Shown here one piece after another: positions 1 through 8,889 of a stretch of DNA of 64,000 bases. The position numbers and the translations under genes are program-made. The DNA is from an uncultured Bacillota bacterium (lineage in GTDB: Bacteria > Bacillota > Clostridia > Lachnospirales > Lachnospiraceae), in the NCBI GenBank assembly GCA_958352855.1, contig CATWQE010000005.1:25785-89784 (forward strand). Direction: 5' to 3'. The notes beneath the pieces are model-generated. The model was not told where the DNA came from, did not search any database, and saw only the letters and a list, made by a program, of their open reading frames with translations. How positions within the stretch are numbered: the first letter of the stretch is position 1; each line of letters opens with the position of its first letter.

Positions 1-1217
1 GAGGAAACACATGGTATATGAATGTTTATTATCCGATTAACAATATGTATTCCCTGGAACAAATGGGAATTTTGGTAATTACAATAGATGAAAATAATAT
101 GAAACAGTTTATGGAAGGAGAAGTTGTTGGGGGCTATCTCTCATTAAAAGATGCAAAGGGAAATGTAATTATAGAGAATTTGCCAAAGGAGTTGCAAGAA
201 AATAAGATTGGGCACAGATATTCTATAAAAGAAGAAACAATTAAAATACAAAATGCCTCTCTTATCATGGAAATCGTAATGGATGAGGAAATGTTTCGTG
301 TGGATAATACAAATATCTGGATTGGATTTTGTATTGTATTAGTTGGTATGATGATTGTATTTGTGATTATAGGCACTATATTTTCTCACTATATTACAAC
401 ACCTATTATAAAATGCAAAGAGGCTCTTTTGCGGGTTAGGAATAATGAGGAAAATGTTTATTTGGATAATCCATATCATGATGAAATTGGAGATTTGCTG
501 AACGGTTTTAATGAAATGTCGGAATCTCTCCACGATTTGATTGAAAAAAACAGGATGATGAGTATCTTACAAAAAGAAACAGAATACCAAATGCTTTTGC
601 AGCAGATTAATCCTCATTTTTTGTATAACACATTAGAGATTATTAATGGATTAATTTTGGGAAATAAGAAAAGCGAGGCGGTAAAAGTGTGTGAAACTTT
701 AGGGAAGATTTTCCGCTACAATTTAAGTCAAAGTAAATGGATTACTATAGAGGAGGAAATGGTATATATTCGCCAATATTTATTGATTATGAAATATAAA
801 ATACCGGATCTAAATGTATATTACGATATAGAGAAGGAATTGCAGGAAAATAAAATTTTAAAATCCATTATGCAGCCATTGGTGGAAAATTCTATTAAGC
901 ATGGATTTTATGAGAAATCAGGAGAGTGTTGCCTTACCATTGCTATTACGAAAGAAAAGGAAAAAGTGCAATTATTGGTAATGGATAATGGAAATGGTAT
1001 TAATCAGGAAAAATATAGAGACCTTATGGAAGAATTTCAAGCCATTAGAAAGAATCCAAATCAAAGAAAAGAAGCATCCGTTCATGTAGGAATTTGGAAT
1101 GTGTTTCATCGTTTGTATTTGGAATACGGTGAAAGGATGGAGTTTAAAATTACTGCAAAAGAAGGAAAAGGAACCAGAATACAAATATACTTGCCGAAGG
1201 GAGACAACAATGTTTAA
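1..1217 (+). CDS. Sensor histidine kinase, YesM/LytS-type (5' end outside window)
   Basis: One TM helix, then a HAMP-like region and an H-box (QINPHFLYNTLEII). C-terminal HATPase motifs (MDNGNGI, GTRIQIY). The frame is open back to base 1, so the N-terminal sensing part is probably cut off. The stop overlaps the next gene start (ATGTTTAA). Confidence 0.85.
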   Translation, partial: GNTWYMNVYYPINNMYSLEQMGILVITIDENNMKQFMEGEVVGGYLSLKDAKGNVIIENLPKELQENKIGHRYSIKEETIKIQNASLIMEIVMDEEMFRVDNTNIWIGFCIVLVGMMIVFVIIGTIFSHYITTPIIKCKEALLRVRNNEENVYLDNPYHDEIGDLLNGFNEMSESLHDLIEKNRMMSILQKETEYQMLLQQINPHFLYNTLEIINGLILGNKKSEAVKVCETLGKIFRYNLSQSKWITIEEEMVYIRQYLLIMKYKIPDLNVYYDIEKELQENKILKSIMQPLVENSIKHGFYEKSGECCLTIAITKEKEKVQLLVMDNGNGINQEKYRDLMEEFQAIRKNPNQRKEASVHVGIWNVFHRLYLEYGERMEFKITAKEGKGTRIQIYLPKGDNNV

Positions 1218-2649
1218 AGTATGTATTGCAGATGATGAAAAGTGGGTCTTGGAGAGTATTACACAGCGTATTAAACAATGTAAATTACCTATTGAAATTT
1301 GTGGTACGGCACAAAATGGACTGGAAGCATATGAGGTTTATGAAAAAGTAAAACCTGACATTTTTTTTGTGGACATCAGTATGCCTATATGCAGTGGTTT
1401 GGAATTTGTGGAAAGAGTACGCCGGTTAGATAAAGAAAGTAGTACGAAATTTATTATTGTTAGTGGCTATGATGATTTTGAATATATGAAAAAGGCCATA
1501 AAGAGTGGCGTGGTAAACTATATTATGAAACCGATTGCGCAGAAAGAACTTTATGAAACCTTAGAAGAAGTGTGCCGGAACTTTGAGACGGAGAGAGAGA
1601 AAGAGTGGAAAGCAGGAGAAAATTGGAAAAATTTTAAAGACTACAGTAGTCTGCAAGAACTTTTTTCTGGAACTGTTTTGCTGATTTTCGGAGAAAAGAT
1701 AGCACAAATCTTGAGAGAAAATGTAGCTGCTATGGAAGTGTTAAGAAAAGTTGAAGAAAATTATGATACATGTAAAATTATTTATTTTCATGAATGTGAA
1801 AATATGTTGTTGTTGGCATTTTCCGAAACTTTTCTTTTTGAGCAGGAAATTTATTGCATTTGGGAAAGATTGAAAGTATTTCAAGAGATTTGGCTGGTAT
1901 ATAAAGGTGGAAGAGAATTTAGTTTGCCAGAGATAATGGAAGAAATTGAAGTTACTCTTAATACGAGGTTTTGGCAAGGAACTATGCATGTATTAAGCGC
2001 AGGACAAGGAGAAAGTACGTTAAGCATTGATTTAAGCAATTTAGAGCGGGCAATAGAAAATATTAGAGAAGAGGAATGGAAGAAAGAAATTACAGGATTA
2101 GTAACAGGGATTTTTGAAAAGAAAGAAAATAATGTGGTGCTAGATAACTTTTACCGGTCAGTTTTGATTTTGATTGCAAATAAATATCGTCAGCATAGTT
2201 ATGAAATACCTGAAAATCTGACAGAAGAGCTTTATCCATATGCTTTGGAACGCTGCATGACGAGGCAAGAAGTCCAAAAGAAATTATATGAATATACAAG
2301 ATTGATTCATGAAAAAATTCTTCAGGATTCTCAAAAGAGTGAAATGATAGAACAAGTTATAGAATATTTAGAATATCATTATGCAGAAGATGTTAATTTT
2401 AATGATGTGGCAAGTGAGTTTTTTATCACTCCTAACTATTTGTACAGAAGATTTAAAGAAAAGAAAAATAAGAGTGTAATGCAGTATTTGGAAGATATCA
2501 GAATGAAAAAAGCAAAAGAGCTTTTGAAAAATACAACACTAAGCGTAACGGAAGTCGCAGCTAGGACAGGATATGGAGATTCTAATTATTTTTCGCGAAT
2601 ATTCAAAAGAAATTGTGGAAAAACGCCAAGAGAATTTCGTAATCAATAG
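1210..2649 (+). CDS. Response regulator with C-terminal AraC-type HTH (YesN-like)
   Basis: N-terminal receiver domain (CIADDE, phospho-acceptor Asp in FFVDISMP). C-terminal AraC/XylS helix-turn-helix (TEVAARTGYGDSNYFSRIFKRNCGKTPREFR). ATG at 1210 overlaps the kinase stop by 8 nt, consistent with translational coupling. Confidence 0.85.
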   Translation: MFKVCIADDEKWVLESITQRIKQCKLPIEICGTAQNGLEAYEVYEKVKPDIFFVDISMPICSGLEFVERVRRLDKESSTKFIIVSGYDDFEYMKKAIKSGVVNYIMKPIAQKELYETLEEVCRNFETEREKEWKAGENWKNFKDYSSLQELFSGTVLLIFGEKIAQILRENVAAMEVLRKVEENYDTCKIIYFHECENMLLLAFSETFLFEQEIYCIWERLKVFQEIWLVYKGGREFSLPEIMEEIEVTLNTRFWQGTMHVLSAGQGESTLSIDLSNLERAIENIREEEWKKEITGLVTGIFEKKENNVVLDNFYRSVLILIANKYRQHSYEIPENLTEELYPYALERCMTRQEVQKKLYEYTRLIHEKILQDSQKSEMIEQVIEYLEYHYAEDVNFNDVASEFFITPNYLYRRFKEKKNKSVMQYLEDIRMKKAKELLKNTTLSVTEVAARTGYGDSNYFSRIFKRNCGKTPREFRNQ

Positions 2650-2763
2650 CATGAAATGTGCTAAATGCCAGAAAGAAATGTGCTAGTTTATCGTAAAACA
2701 ATCAAATATAATAAAAATATCAAAAGAAGGTACCTTAAATATAATAAGTAGGAGGAAGAAAAT

Positions 2764-4155
2764 ATGTTGAAAAAACAACTAGCACTTATAATGGCATTAT
2801 GCATGGCAATGTCAGTTGCAGGATGTGGTAGCTCAGAAAAAAATGCAGATAGTAAAGGGAACGATAGCAGCGAATCAGGAGATAAAAAGGTTGTAAGTTT
2901 TTATTCCTGGTCTGAAAACGCGGAACAAGATTTCGATAAAGCGGTAATTGCTCAATATGAGAAGGAAAATCCAGATGTAGATGTACAGGAAGTTTTTGTT
3001 CCTTATGCAGAATATTTAAGCAAAATGAATACTATGGCTGCGGCAGATAGCATGCCGGATGTATTTAAACTCCCGGAAGGAAGTGTGCTGGAATGGGGAA
3101 GTAAAGATGCCGTGCTGGATTTAGCGCCTCTTTATGAAAAGAAGGGGATTGATCTGGAAGAAACAACATTAAATTCCACAATTTTTAAGACTGGAGACAG
3201 CGTCTGGGGAGTAGGGTGTAATGTGGCGACACTGGCTTTATACTATAACAAGGATTTACTAAAAGAAGCGGGCATTGAGTTTCCCTCTACGGATGCAGAA
3301 AATCCATGGACGTGGGAAGAATTTGTAGAGAATGCAAGAAAGTTGACAAAAGATAGTTCAGGGAAAACATCAGAACAGTCAGGATTTGATGTAGATAATG
3401 TCAGCGTATATGGTACGATGATGCCTACCGATTGGAATGTGTTTATGCCACTGTTATATACCAATGGTGCAGCAATTGCCAGTGATGATGGGACAGAGTT
3501 AAAGATAAACAGTAAAGAGGGATTAGAAGTTATTCAGTCTATTGCGGACTTATCTACAAAAAACAAATGTGCACCATCTCTGGCAATGGCGAAAGGAGCT
3601 TTTGCAGATAAGACTACAATGTTGATGAATGGACAGGTGGCAATGCTGATTGACGGTTCCTGGGCTCTTGGAAATTACTCTAATGAGGCATTTGATGTGG
3701 GCGTTGCTCAGATTCCAATGTTTGACCATCCTGCTAATATGAGCTGGGGAGCGGGTATTTGTATGTCACCAAAGGATGCAGAAAATGAGGAAGCGTTTGA
3801 CTTTTTCTGCTATTATACAGATTTCAATAATGCAATTAAGGCATCAAAAGAAAATGAGGTAGCTCTTGGTGGACTTCCTCATACAGTAAATGTTTTTGAT
3901 GGTGGTGAAAATGAAAAAGCCTGGATGTCTACGTATACTACAGTTGATGAGACACAAAATTGTGAGGCATTTCGTAACATTTTACAACAGGAAAATACAT
4001 GTGTAGGAGAAAATGTAACATTGAAAAACTTCCCTGTTATTGTTGATAATACAATTGTACCGCTTTTAGATAACGTGTGGTTAGGAGAACAGAGTGCAGA
4101 GGAAGCGTTGAAAGATGTAGATGTATCTTCTGAATTGCAGGGAACCTGGGATTAA
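2764..4155 (+). CDS. Sugar ABC transporter substrate-binding lipoprotein (solute-binding family 1)
   Basis: Lipoprotein signal peptide with lipobox (SVAGC). About 460 aa, typical of carbohydrate-binding proteins. Strong RBS AGGAGGAAG upstream. Confidence 0.8.
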   Translation: MLKKQLALIMALCMAMSVAGCGSSEKNADSKGNDSSESGDKKVVSFYSWSENAEQDFDKAVIAQYEKENPDVDVQEVFVPYAEYLSKMNTMAAADSMPDVFKLPEGSVLEWGSKDAVLDLAPLYEKKGIDLEETTLNSTIFKTGDSVWGVGCNVATLALYYNKDLLKEAGIEFPSTDAENPWTWEEFVENARKLTKDSSGKTSEQSGFDVDNVSVYGTMMPTDWNVFMPLLYTNGAAIASDDGTELKINSKEGLEVIQSIADLSTKNKCAPSLAMAKGAFADKTTMLMNGQVAMLIDGSWALGNYSNEAFDVGVAQIPMFDHPANMSWGAGICMSPKDAENEEAFDFFCYYTDFNNAIKASKENEVALGGLPHTVNVFDGGENEKAWMSTYTTVDETQNCEAFRNILQQENTCVGENVTLKNFPVIVDNTIVPLLDNVWLGEQSAEEALKDVDVSSELQGTWD

Positions 4156-4191
4156 AACCAGGTTTCGTGCAAAGCAAGGAGGTGTCAGTAC

Positions 4192-5103
4192 ATGCATAAA
4201 ATTTTTCAGAAAAACAAAGTCAGTGTAAAAGAAAAAGCACAAATGAAATGGGGATATTTTTTTATCGCACCAGCTATTATAGGACTTATTTGTTTTAGTT
4301 TTGGACCTATGCTATTTAGTCTTGGAGTGAGTTTTACAAAATGGGATGTTATTAGTGAGAAGCAATTTATAGGACTTGAAAACTATATTATGTTATTTAA
4401 AGATCCGCTATTTTTACAATCCTTGAAGGTAACGTTGTATTATACATTACTAAGTGTTCCGCTTATAACGTGTATACCTCTCCTGGTGGCAATGCTTTTA
4501 AATACAAAAGTAAAGGGCATATCTGTATTTAGAGCAATTTTTTATATTCCTTCTATTGTACCGGTGGTTGCCAGTGCGGCAGTTTGGATGTATATCTATA
4601 ATCCTATGTATGGGCTTTTAAACAGTATTTTAAAAGCGTTGGGATTACCAGCACAGAATTTTATTTTTAGTGAAACTGGAGCAGTACCATCTCTGGCAAT
4701 TATGGCGCTTTGGGCAGCAGGAAACACGGTAGTTATTTATTTAGCGGGGCTTCAAGGTGTTTCAAGGCAGCTTTATGAAGCTGCGGAAATAGATGGAGCA
4801 GGAATGGTGGCGAGATTTGTACATATTACAATACCAATGATGACTCCTATTATTTTCTATAATTTTGTTATGGCTATTATTAATTCTATGCAGGTATTCA
4901 CTCAGGCATATATTATGACAGATGGAGGACCGGCAAATGCAACCTTGTTCTATTCTCTTATGGTGTATAGAACAGCCTTTAAGCAATCCAGAATGGGATA
5001 TTCAGCAGCTATGTCCTGGGTATTTTTTGTAATTATTGCAGTTTTGACATTAATTGTATTTAAATCACAAAAAAAATGGGTTGTTTATGAAAATGGGGAC
5101 TGA
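4192..5103 (+). CDS. Sugar ABC transporter permease (MalF/UgpA-type)
   Basis: Six predicted TM helices. EAA-like loop (YEAAEIDGAGMVARFVHITIP). RBS AAGGAGG upstream. Confidence 0.8.
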   Translation: MHKIFQKNKVSVKEKAQMKWGYFFIAPAIIGLICFSFGPMLFSLGVSFTKWDVISEKQFIGLENYIMLFKDPLFLQSLKVTLYYTLLSVPLITCIPLLVAMLLNTKVKGISVFRAIFYIPSIVPVVASAAVWMYIYNPMYGLLNSILKALGLPAQNFIFSETGAVPSLAIMALWAAGNTVVIYLAGLQGVSRQLYEAAEIDGAGMVARFVHITIPMMTPIIFYNFVMAIINSMQVFTQAYIMTDGGPANATLFYSLMVYRTAFKQSRMGYSAAMSWVFFVIIAVLTLIVFKSQKKWVVYENGD

Positions 5104-5113
5104 GGTGAGTAAG

Positions 5114-5941
5114 ATGAATAAAAAGAAGAAAATAAAAGTCATAAGTTATTTTTTACTGATTGTGCTTGCGATTATGATGTTGTTTCCGTTTTTCTGGATG
5201 GTGAGAAGTTCCTTTATGACTAATCGTGAAATTACAACAGTACCTATACAATGGATACCTTCACAATTTAATTTTGATAATTTTATAGAAGCATTTACGA
5301 AGGACTCTTTTGGAAGGTATTTTTTGAATTCTATTATCATTGTAGGAATTAATATGGTGGGAGCTGTGTTTAGTGCCAGTTTTATTGGATTTGGGTTTGC
5401 AAGACTGAAGTTTAAAGGCAGAAATTTGTGGTTTGCCCTTTTATTATCAACAATGATGATTCCATATACGGTTCTTATGATACCACAATTTTTAATCTGG
5501 CAGGCTATAGGTGGTTACAATACGTTTCTCCCCTTGACAATTCCATGCTTTTTTGGAACTGCATTTAACGTTTTTCTGGTGAAACAGTTTTACAGCGGAA
5601 TTCCCAAAGAGTATGATGAAGCAGCATTAGTGGACGGAGCAAATTATTTTGTGATTTATAGTAAGATTATTTTGCCAATGGCAAAACCAGTATTGTGTAC
5701 AGTGGGTGTATTTACTTTTATGAATACATGGAATGACTTTATGGGACCATTGCTTTATCTGGATAGACCAGAACTTAAAACAGTATCGCTTGCCCTTCAG
5801 AACTTTATGGGACAGCATACCAGTCAATGGAACCTTTTAATGGCAGTAGCAACGGTTATTACTATTCCTATGATTATTGTATATTTTGCGGCTCAGAGAT
5901 ATTTTATTGAAGGAATTACCTTTTCAGGATTGAAAGGATAG
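5114..5941 (+). CDS. Sugar ABC transporter permease (MalG/UgpE-type)
   Basis: EAA motif (YDEAALVDGANYFVIYSKIILP). Start placed at the ATG at 5114, which has a GGTGAG RBS. The longer frame from 5054 has no RBS and overlaps the upstream permease. Confidence 0.75.
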   Translation: MNKKKKIKVISYFLLIVLAIMMLFPFFWMVRSSFMTNREITTVPIQWIPSQFNFDNFIEAFTKDSFGRYFLNSIIIVGINMVGAVFSASFIGFGFARLKFKGRNLWFALLLSTMMIPYTVLMIPQFLIWQAIGGYNTFLPLTIPCFFGTAFNVFLVKQFYSGIPKEYDEAALVDGANYFVIYSKIILPMAKPVLCTVGVFTFMNTWNDFMGPLLYLDRPELKTVSLALQNFMGQHTSQWNLLMAVATVITIPMIIVYFAAQRYFIEGITFSGLKG

Positions 5942-5952
5942 GTGAGAAGAAT

Positions 5953-7650
5953 ATGAAATTTAATTTAGAAGAGATACCTTTTAGTACAAGAGGTTCCTAT
6001 ATGGTATTTTCGAAATTAGGAAAAAAATTTCAGGGAGAAGAGATACAAGAAGGAATTTATTTTCGAAATGTTCATGGTTCAGCTGTGAGTTCACTGGTAG
6101 CAAGAATTGTGCCACAGAAAAATGGACAGGAAATTCCTTATCAATACGAAGCATCTCCTCAAGAAGTAAAAATCTATGATGATGAACATTGTTGCAGGAT
6201 TACCTGGCAAGATGAGAAAACAGTTCTTTTGGAAGGAGATTTGCCATTTTATTTCGATTTTCTGGCAGAGGGCGGTTCTTATACATTTGCACAGCCATGG
6301 AAAGTTGGAAACAGAGATTTTTATCTGGTGAACTGTTTTCGGGGAAATTCAAGGTATATGATTCGAAGTCAAAAGGGAAGTTTGCAGCTAAAACAAAAAT
6401 GGAGAGAAGGAAATGCAGAGTATAGTTATTTATACGTAAATGGGGATGCTCCTTACATGTTGGTTTTGGAAGAAAACTTTGAGGATTGGAAAGACAGAGG
6501 AGAAGACTACGATTATACCTGTGCAGTGCAGAAACAAAAACAAATGTTTGAAGAATTTTATGTTTCGATGCCTTCTGTGCCAGATAAATATCAAGATGCG
6601 GCTAAAATTTCTGCATATGTGGATTGGACAGGTATGGTTTCACCCTGTGGCCTTCTAAAAAGAGAGGCCATGTTTATGTCAAAAAACTGGATGTGTAACG
6701 TGTGGAGTTGGGATCACTGTTTTAATGCCCTGGCATTAGCTTATCATTGTCCTAAGGAAGCATGGGATCAGTTTATGGTATTATTTGATTTCCAAAAAGA
6801 ATCTGGAAATATACCGGACAGTGTTAACGATACCAAAGTGATTCATAATTACTGTAAACCGCCTATTCATGGTTGGACCTTACGAAAGCTTATGAAAGTT
6901 ATGGACTTATCTGTAGAACAATTAAAAGAAGCCTATGAAAAACTAGGTAAATGGACCAGTTGGTGGCTTAATTATAGAGATGAAAATGGAGATGGATTAT
7001 GTGAATATAGCCATGGAAATGATTCTGGTTGGGATAATGCTACAGCATTTGACCATCTTCCGCCGGTCACATTGCCAGATTTAGCAGCCTTTCTTGTGTT
7101 ACAAATGGATGTTCTTAGTGAAGTTGCAGAAAAATTAAATGAACAAGCAGATGCTAAGATGTGGAAAAATCGCGCAAATGAAATGTTAAACAACATGTTG
7201 AATGTTTTGTTTGAAAATGGAAAACCCGTAGCAAGAGCTGGCTTTGATATGCACAAAGTAGAAAATGAAAGTCTGATTCTGTATTTACCTATTATTTTGG
7301 GAAAACAACTTCCAGAAGGAATTAGAAAAGAATTAATTCAGACGTTGGAAAGTGACAAATTTCAGACTTCATATGGATTAGCAACTGAAAGTTGGCATAG
7401 TAAAGAATACGAATCAGATGGTTATTGGAGAGGTCCTATTTGGGCGCCGAGTACGATGCTTATTCTGGATGGACTGAAAGAATGTGGGGAAGATGCATTT
7501 GTAAAAGATATGACAGAGAAGTTTTGTCAACTGATTCAAAAGAGTGGATGTGCTGAAAACTTTGATGCACTTACGGGAGAAGGGTTGAGGGATAGAGCTT
7601 ATACCTGGACGGCAAGTGTAATGCTTGTGATGGCGCATGAGTATTTATAA
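5953..7650 (+). CDS. (alpha/alpha)6-barrel glycoside hydrolase, GH63/MGH-like (putative alpha-glucosidase)
   Basis: 565 aa, no signal peptide. Motifs CNVWSWDHCFNALALA and GNDSGWDNATAF resemble the WxWD and DSGxDN signatures of the GH63 / glucosyl- and mannosylglycerate hydrolase clan. Sits directly downstream of the ABC importer. Confidence 0.45.
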   Translation: MKFNLEEIPFSTRGSYMVFSKLGKKFQGEEIQEGIYFRNVHGSAVSSLVARIVPQKNGQEIPYQYEASPQEVKIYDDEHCCRITWQDEKTVLLEGDLPFYFDFLAEGGSYTFAQPWKVGNRDFYLVNCFRGNSRYMIRSQKGSLQLKQKWREGNAEYSYLYVNGDAPYMLVLEENFEDWKDRGEDYDYTCAVQKQKQMFEEFYVSMPSVPDKYQDAAKISAYVDWTGMVSPCGLLKREAMFMSKNWMCNVWSWDHCFNALALAYHCPKEAWDQFMVLFDFQKESGNIPDSVNDTKVIHNYCKPPIHGWTLRKLMKVMDLSVEQLKEAYEKLGKWTSWWLNYRDENGDGLCEYSHGNDSGWDNATAFDHLPPVTLPDLAAFLVLQMDVLSEVAEKLNEQADAKMWKNRANEMLNNMLNVLFENGKPVARAGFDMHKVENESLILYLPIILGKQLPEGIRKELIQTLESDKFQTSYGLATESWHSKEYESDGYWRGPIWAPSTMLILDGLKECGEDAFVKDMTEKFCQLIQKSGCAENFDALTGEGLRDRAYTWTASVMLVMAHEYL

Positions 7651-7688
7651 CTGACAACACAACAAATAATAAGTAAATAAATTGTACA

Positions 7689-7730
7689 AATACCCCTTTT
7701 CTGATGAAAGAGAGGGGTATTAATTTGTTT
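7689..7730 (+). terminator. Putative terminator after the GH63-like gene
   Basis: AATACCCC (7689-7696) pairs with GGGGTATT (7714-7721), followed by a T-rich stretch. Confidence 0.4.
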
Positions 7731-7766
7731 ATGAATATTATAAGTTCCAATGCATAGAAACAAGAA

Positions 7767-7985
7767 GTGAAAACAATGGAACAATATGATGATATTGATA
7801 CCAGAAGTCCTGGAGATGTGACCTGGCTGATGATACATAGCTTTTCGGAGGAAGAACAGAGATTTGAGCATGAAAAAATACAGAGTGTAGAACAGGTGAT
7901 TTTATCTAATTATGATGAGGTGAAGATAGAGAATGGTCAGGCAAAATTAAGGGCATATGAGACGTTGATAGCCAGGATAGAGTAA
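7767..7985 (+). pseudogene. Remnant of a GH13 alpha-glucosidase (C-terminal fragment)
   Basis: The 72-aa ORF (EQYDDIDTR...DVTWLMIHSFSEEEQRFEH...YDEVKIENGQAKLRAYETLIARIE) aligns by eye to two separated C-terminal segments of the intact GH13 at 8890-10542 (IEKYDDIDTKNY and EVTWMAVHNFSEVEQVFEC...YEERKIEKGKIRLRAYETMILEMGN). Confidence 0.6.
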
Positions 7986-8182
7986 AAGGGGAAATTGTTG
8001 TTTCACAGAGTTTTGTTTTTGTAAAAAAGTACTTGAAAAATGGAAAAAAGCCAGGAAAAACTTTGGGCATATTACGAATTGTAGTATATGAGAAGACATG
8101 GTAAAATCCTATTAAAAGAACAATCGTGTTGCAGGGTGGCTTGACCTTCATTTTATTATACATAGAATGGGGGTGGTGCTGA

Positions 8183-8267
8183 TGAAACATTTTGATTTTA
8201 AAGATTTAATGTCTTTTGGAATGTTCATTTTGTCACTGCTGACATTCATTTATTTGATTTGTCATTA
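8183..8267 (+). CDS. Small hydrophobic peptide, holin-like toxin (Hol_Tox-like, type I toxin-like)
   Basis: 28 aa, MKHFDFKDLMSFGMFILSLLTFIYLICH. Strong RBS GGGGGTGG 5 nt upstream. The pattern (short polar N-terminus, LMSFG, then one TM helix) matches the roughly 30-aa putative holin-like toxin peptides of Firmicutes. Confidence 0.45.
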
Positions 8268-8342
8268 ATGACTTAGAGCATAGAAAAACCACCCGAAACT
8301 TGGCAAGTAGAGAGGTGGCATTTCTATGTTACACTTTATAGG

Positions 8343-8372
8343 TCAACCCCTTGTGGGCGGTTGTTCTTTTTA
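8343..8372 (+). terminator. Putative terminator downstream of the small peptide ORF
   Basis: CAACCCC TTGT GGGCGGTTG hairpin followed by TTCTTTTT. Confidence 0.35.
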
Positions 8373-8889
8373 CATTTATACTATAGCATAATTATAAAGA
8401 GGATTCAATAGAAACAAAAATACATTTTTCTGATTAGGTAAAAATAAAGATAAACAGCAAAAATAACAGAGAGGCGGCACAGCAAATATGAACTATAAAA
8501 TTGCCTTGCTTTAAAAAAAACATTATCGTGAATTTTGTGAGGAAAGAATCAAAGAAAAGATGCAGTGAGTCTCTCAAGGATTGGTATGGATTTTCTGAGA
8601 TTTGAAAGTGATTTGGAGGAAGTAATTCTCCAGGACAGGTTTGCACAAGTGGTTCATGGATATGAGGGAAGATGGAAAAACTTTAAGACCATTGAAGAAA
8701 TTGAAGCAGAGGCAGCAAGAACTTGATGATTTGGAATATGGGAAACAGATTAGCTTTCAAATGGCATTGTATGAATATTCCAGACGGGCAGTTGCAAGCG
8801 TAAAAAAATATTTTAGGGAAGAAATCAGGGAGTAGAAGGATGGTTGCCCGTTCCGCCTATCAATGCTAAAATAAAATAAAAACGGGGAA

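Noticed and set aside
1099-1209. N-terminal extension of the response-regulator ORF from 1099
   Set aside because: The extension overlaps the kinase C-terminus in another frame. The ATG at 1210 gives the canonical receiver-domain start and a 4-codon coupling overlap.
8641-8835. 64-aa ORF (MHKWFMDMREDGKTLRPLKKLKQRQQELDDLEYGKQ...) in the intergenic island
   Set aside because: It has no convincing RBS at either candidate ATG and no recognisable motif. It may be a relic of a decayed gene, like the neighbouring GH13 fragment, or a small protein. The evidence is insufficient to call it.
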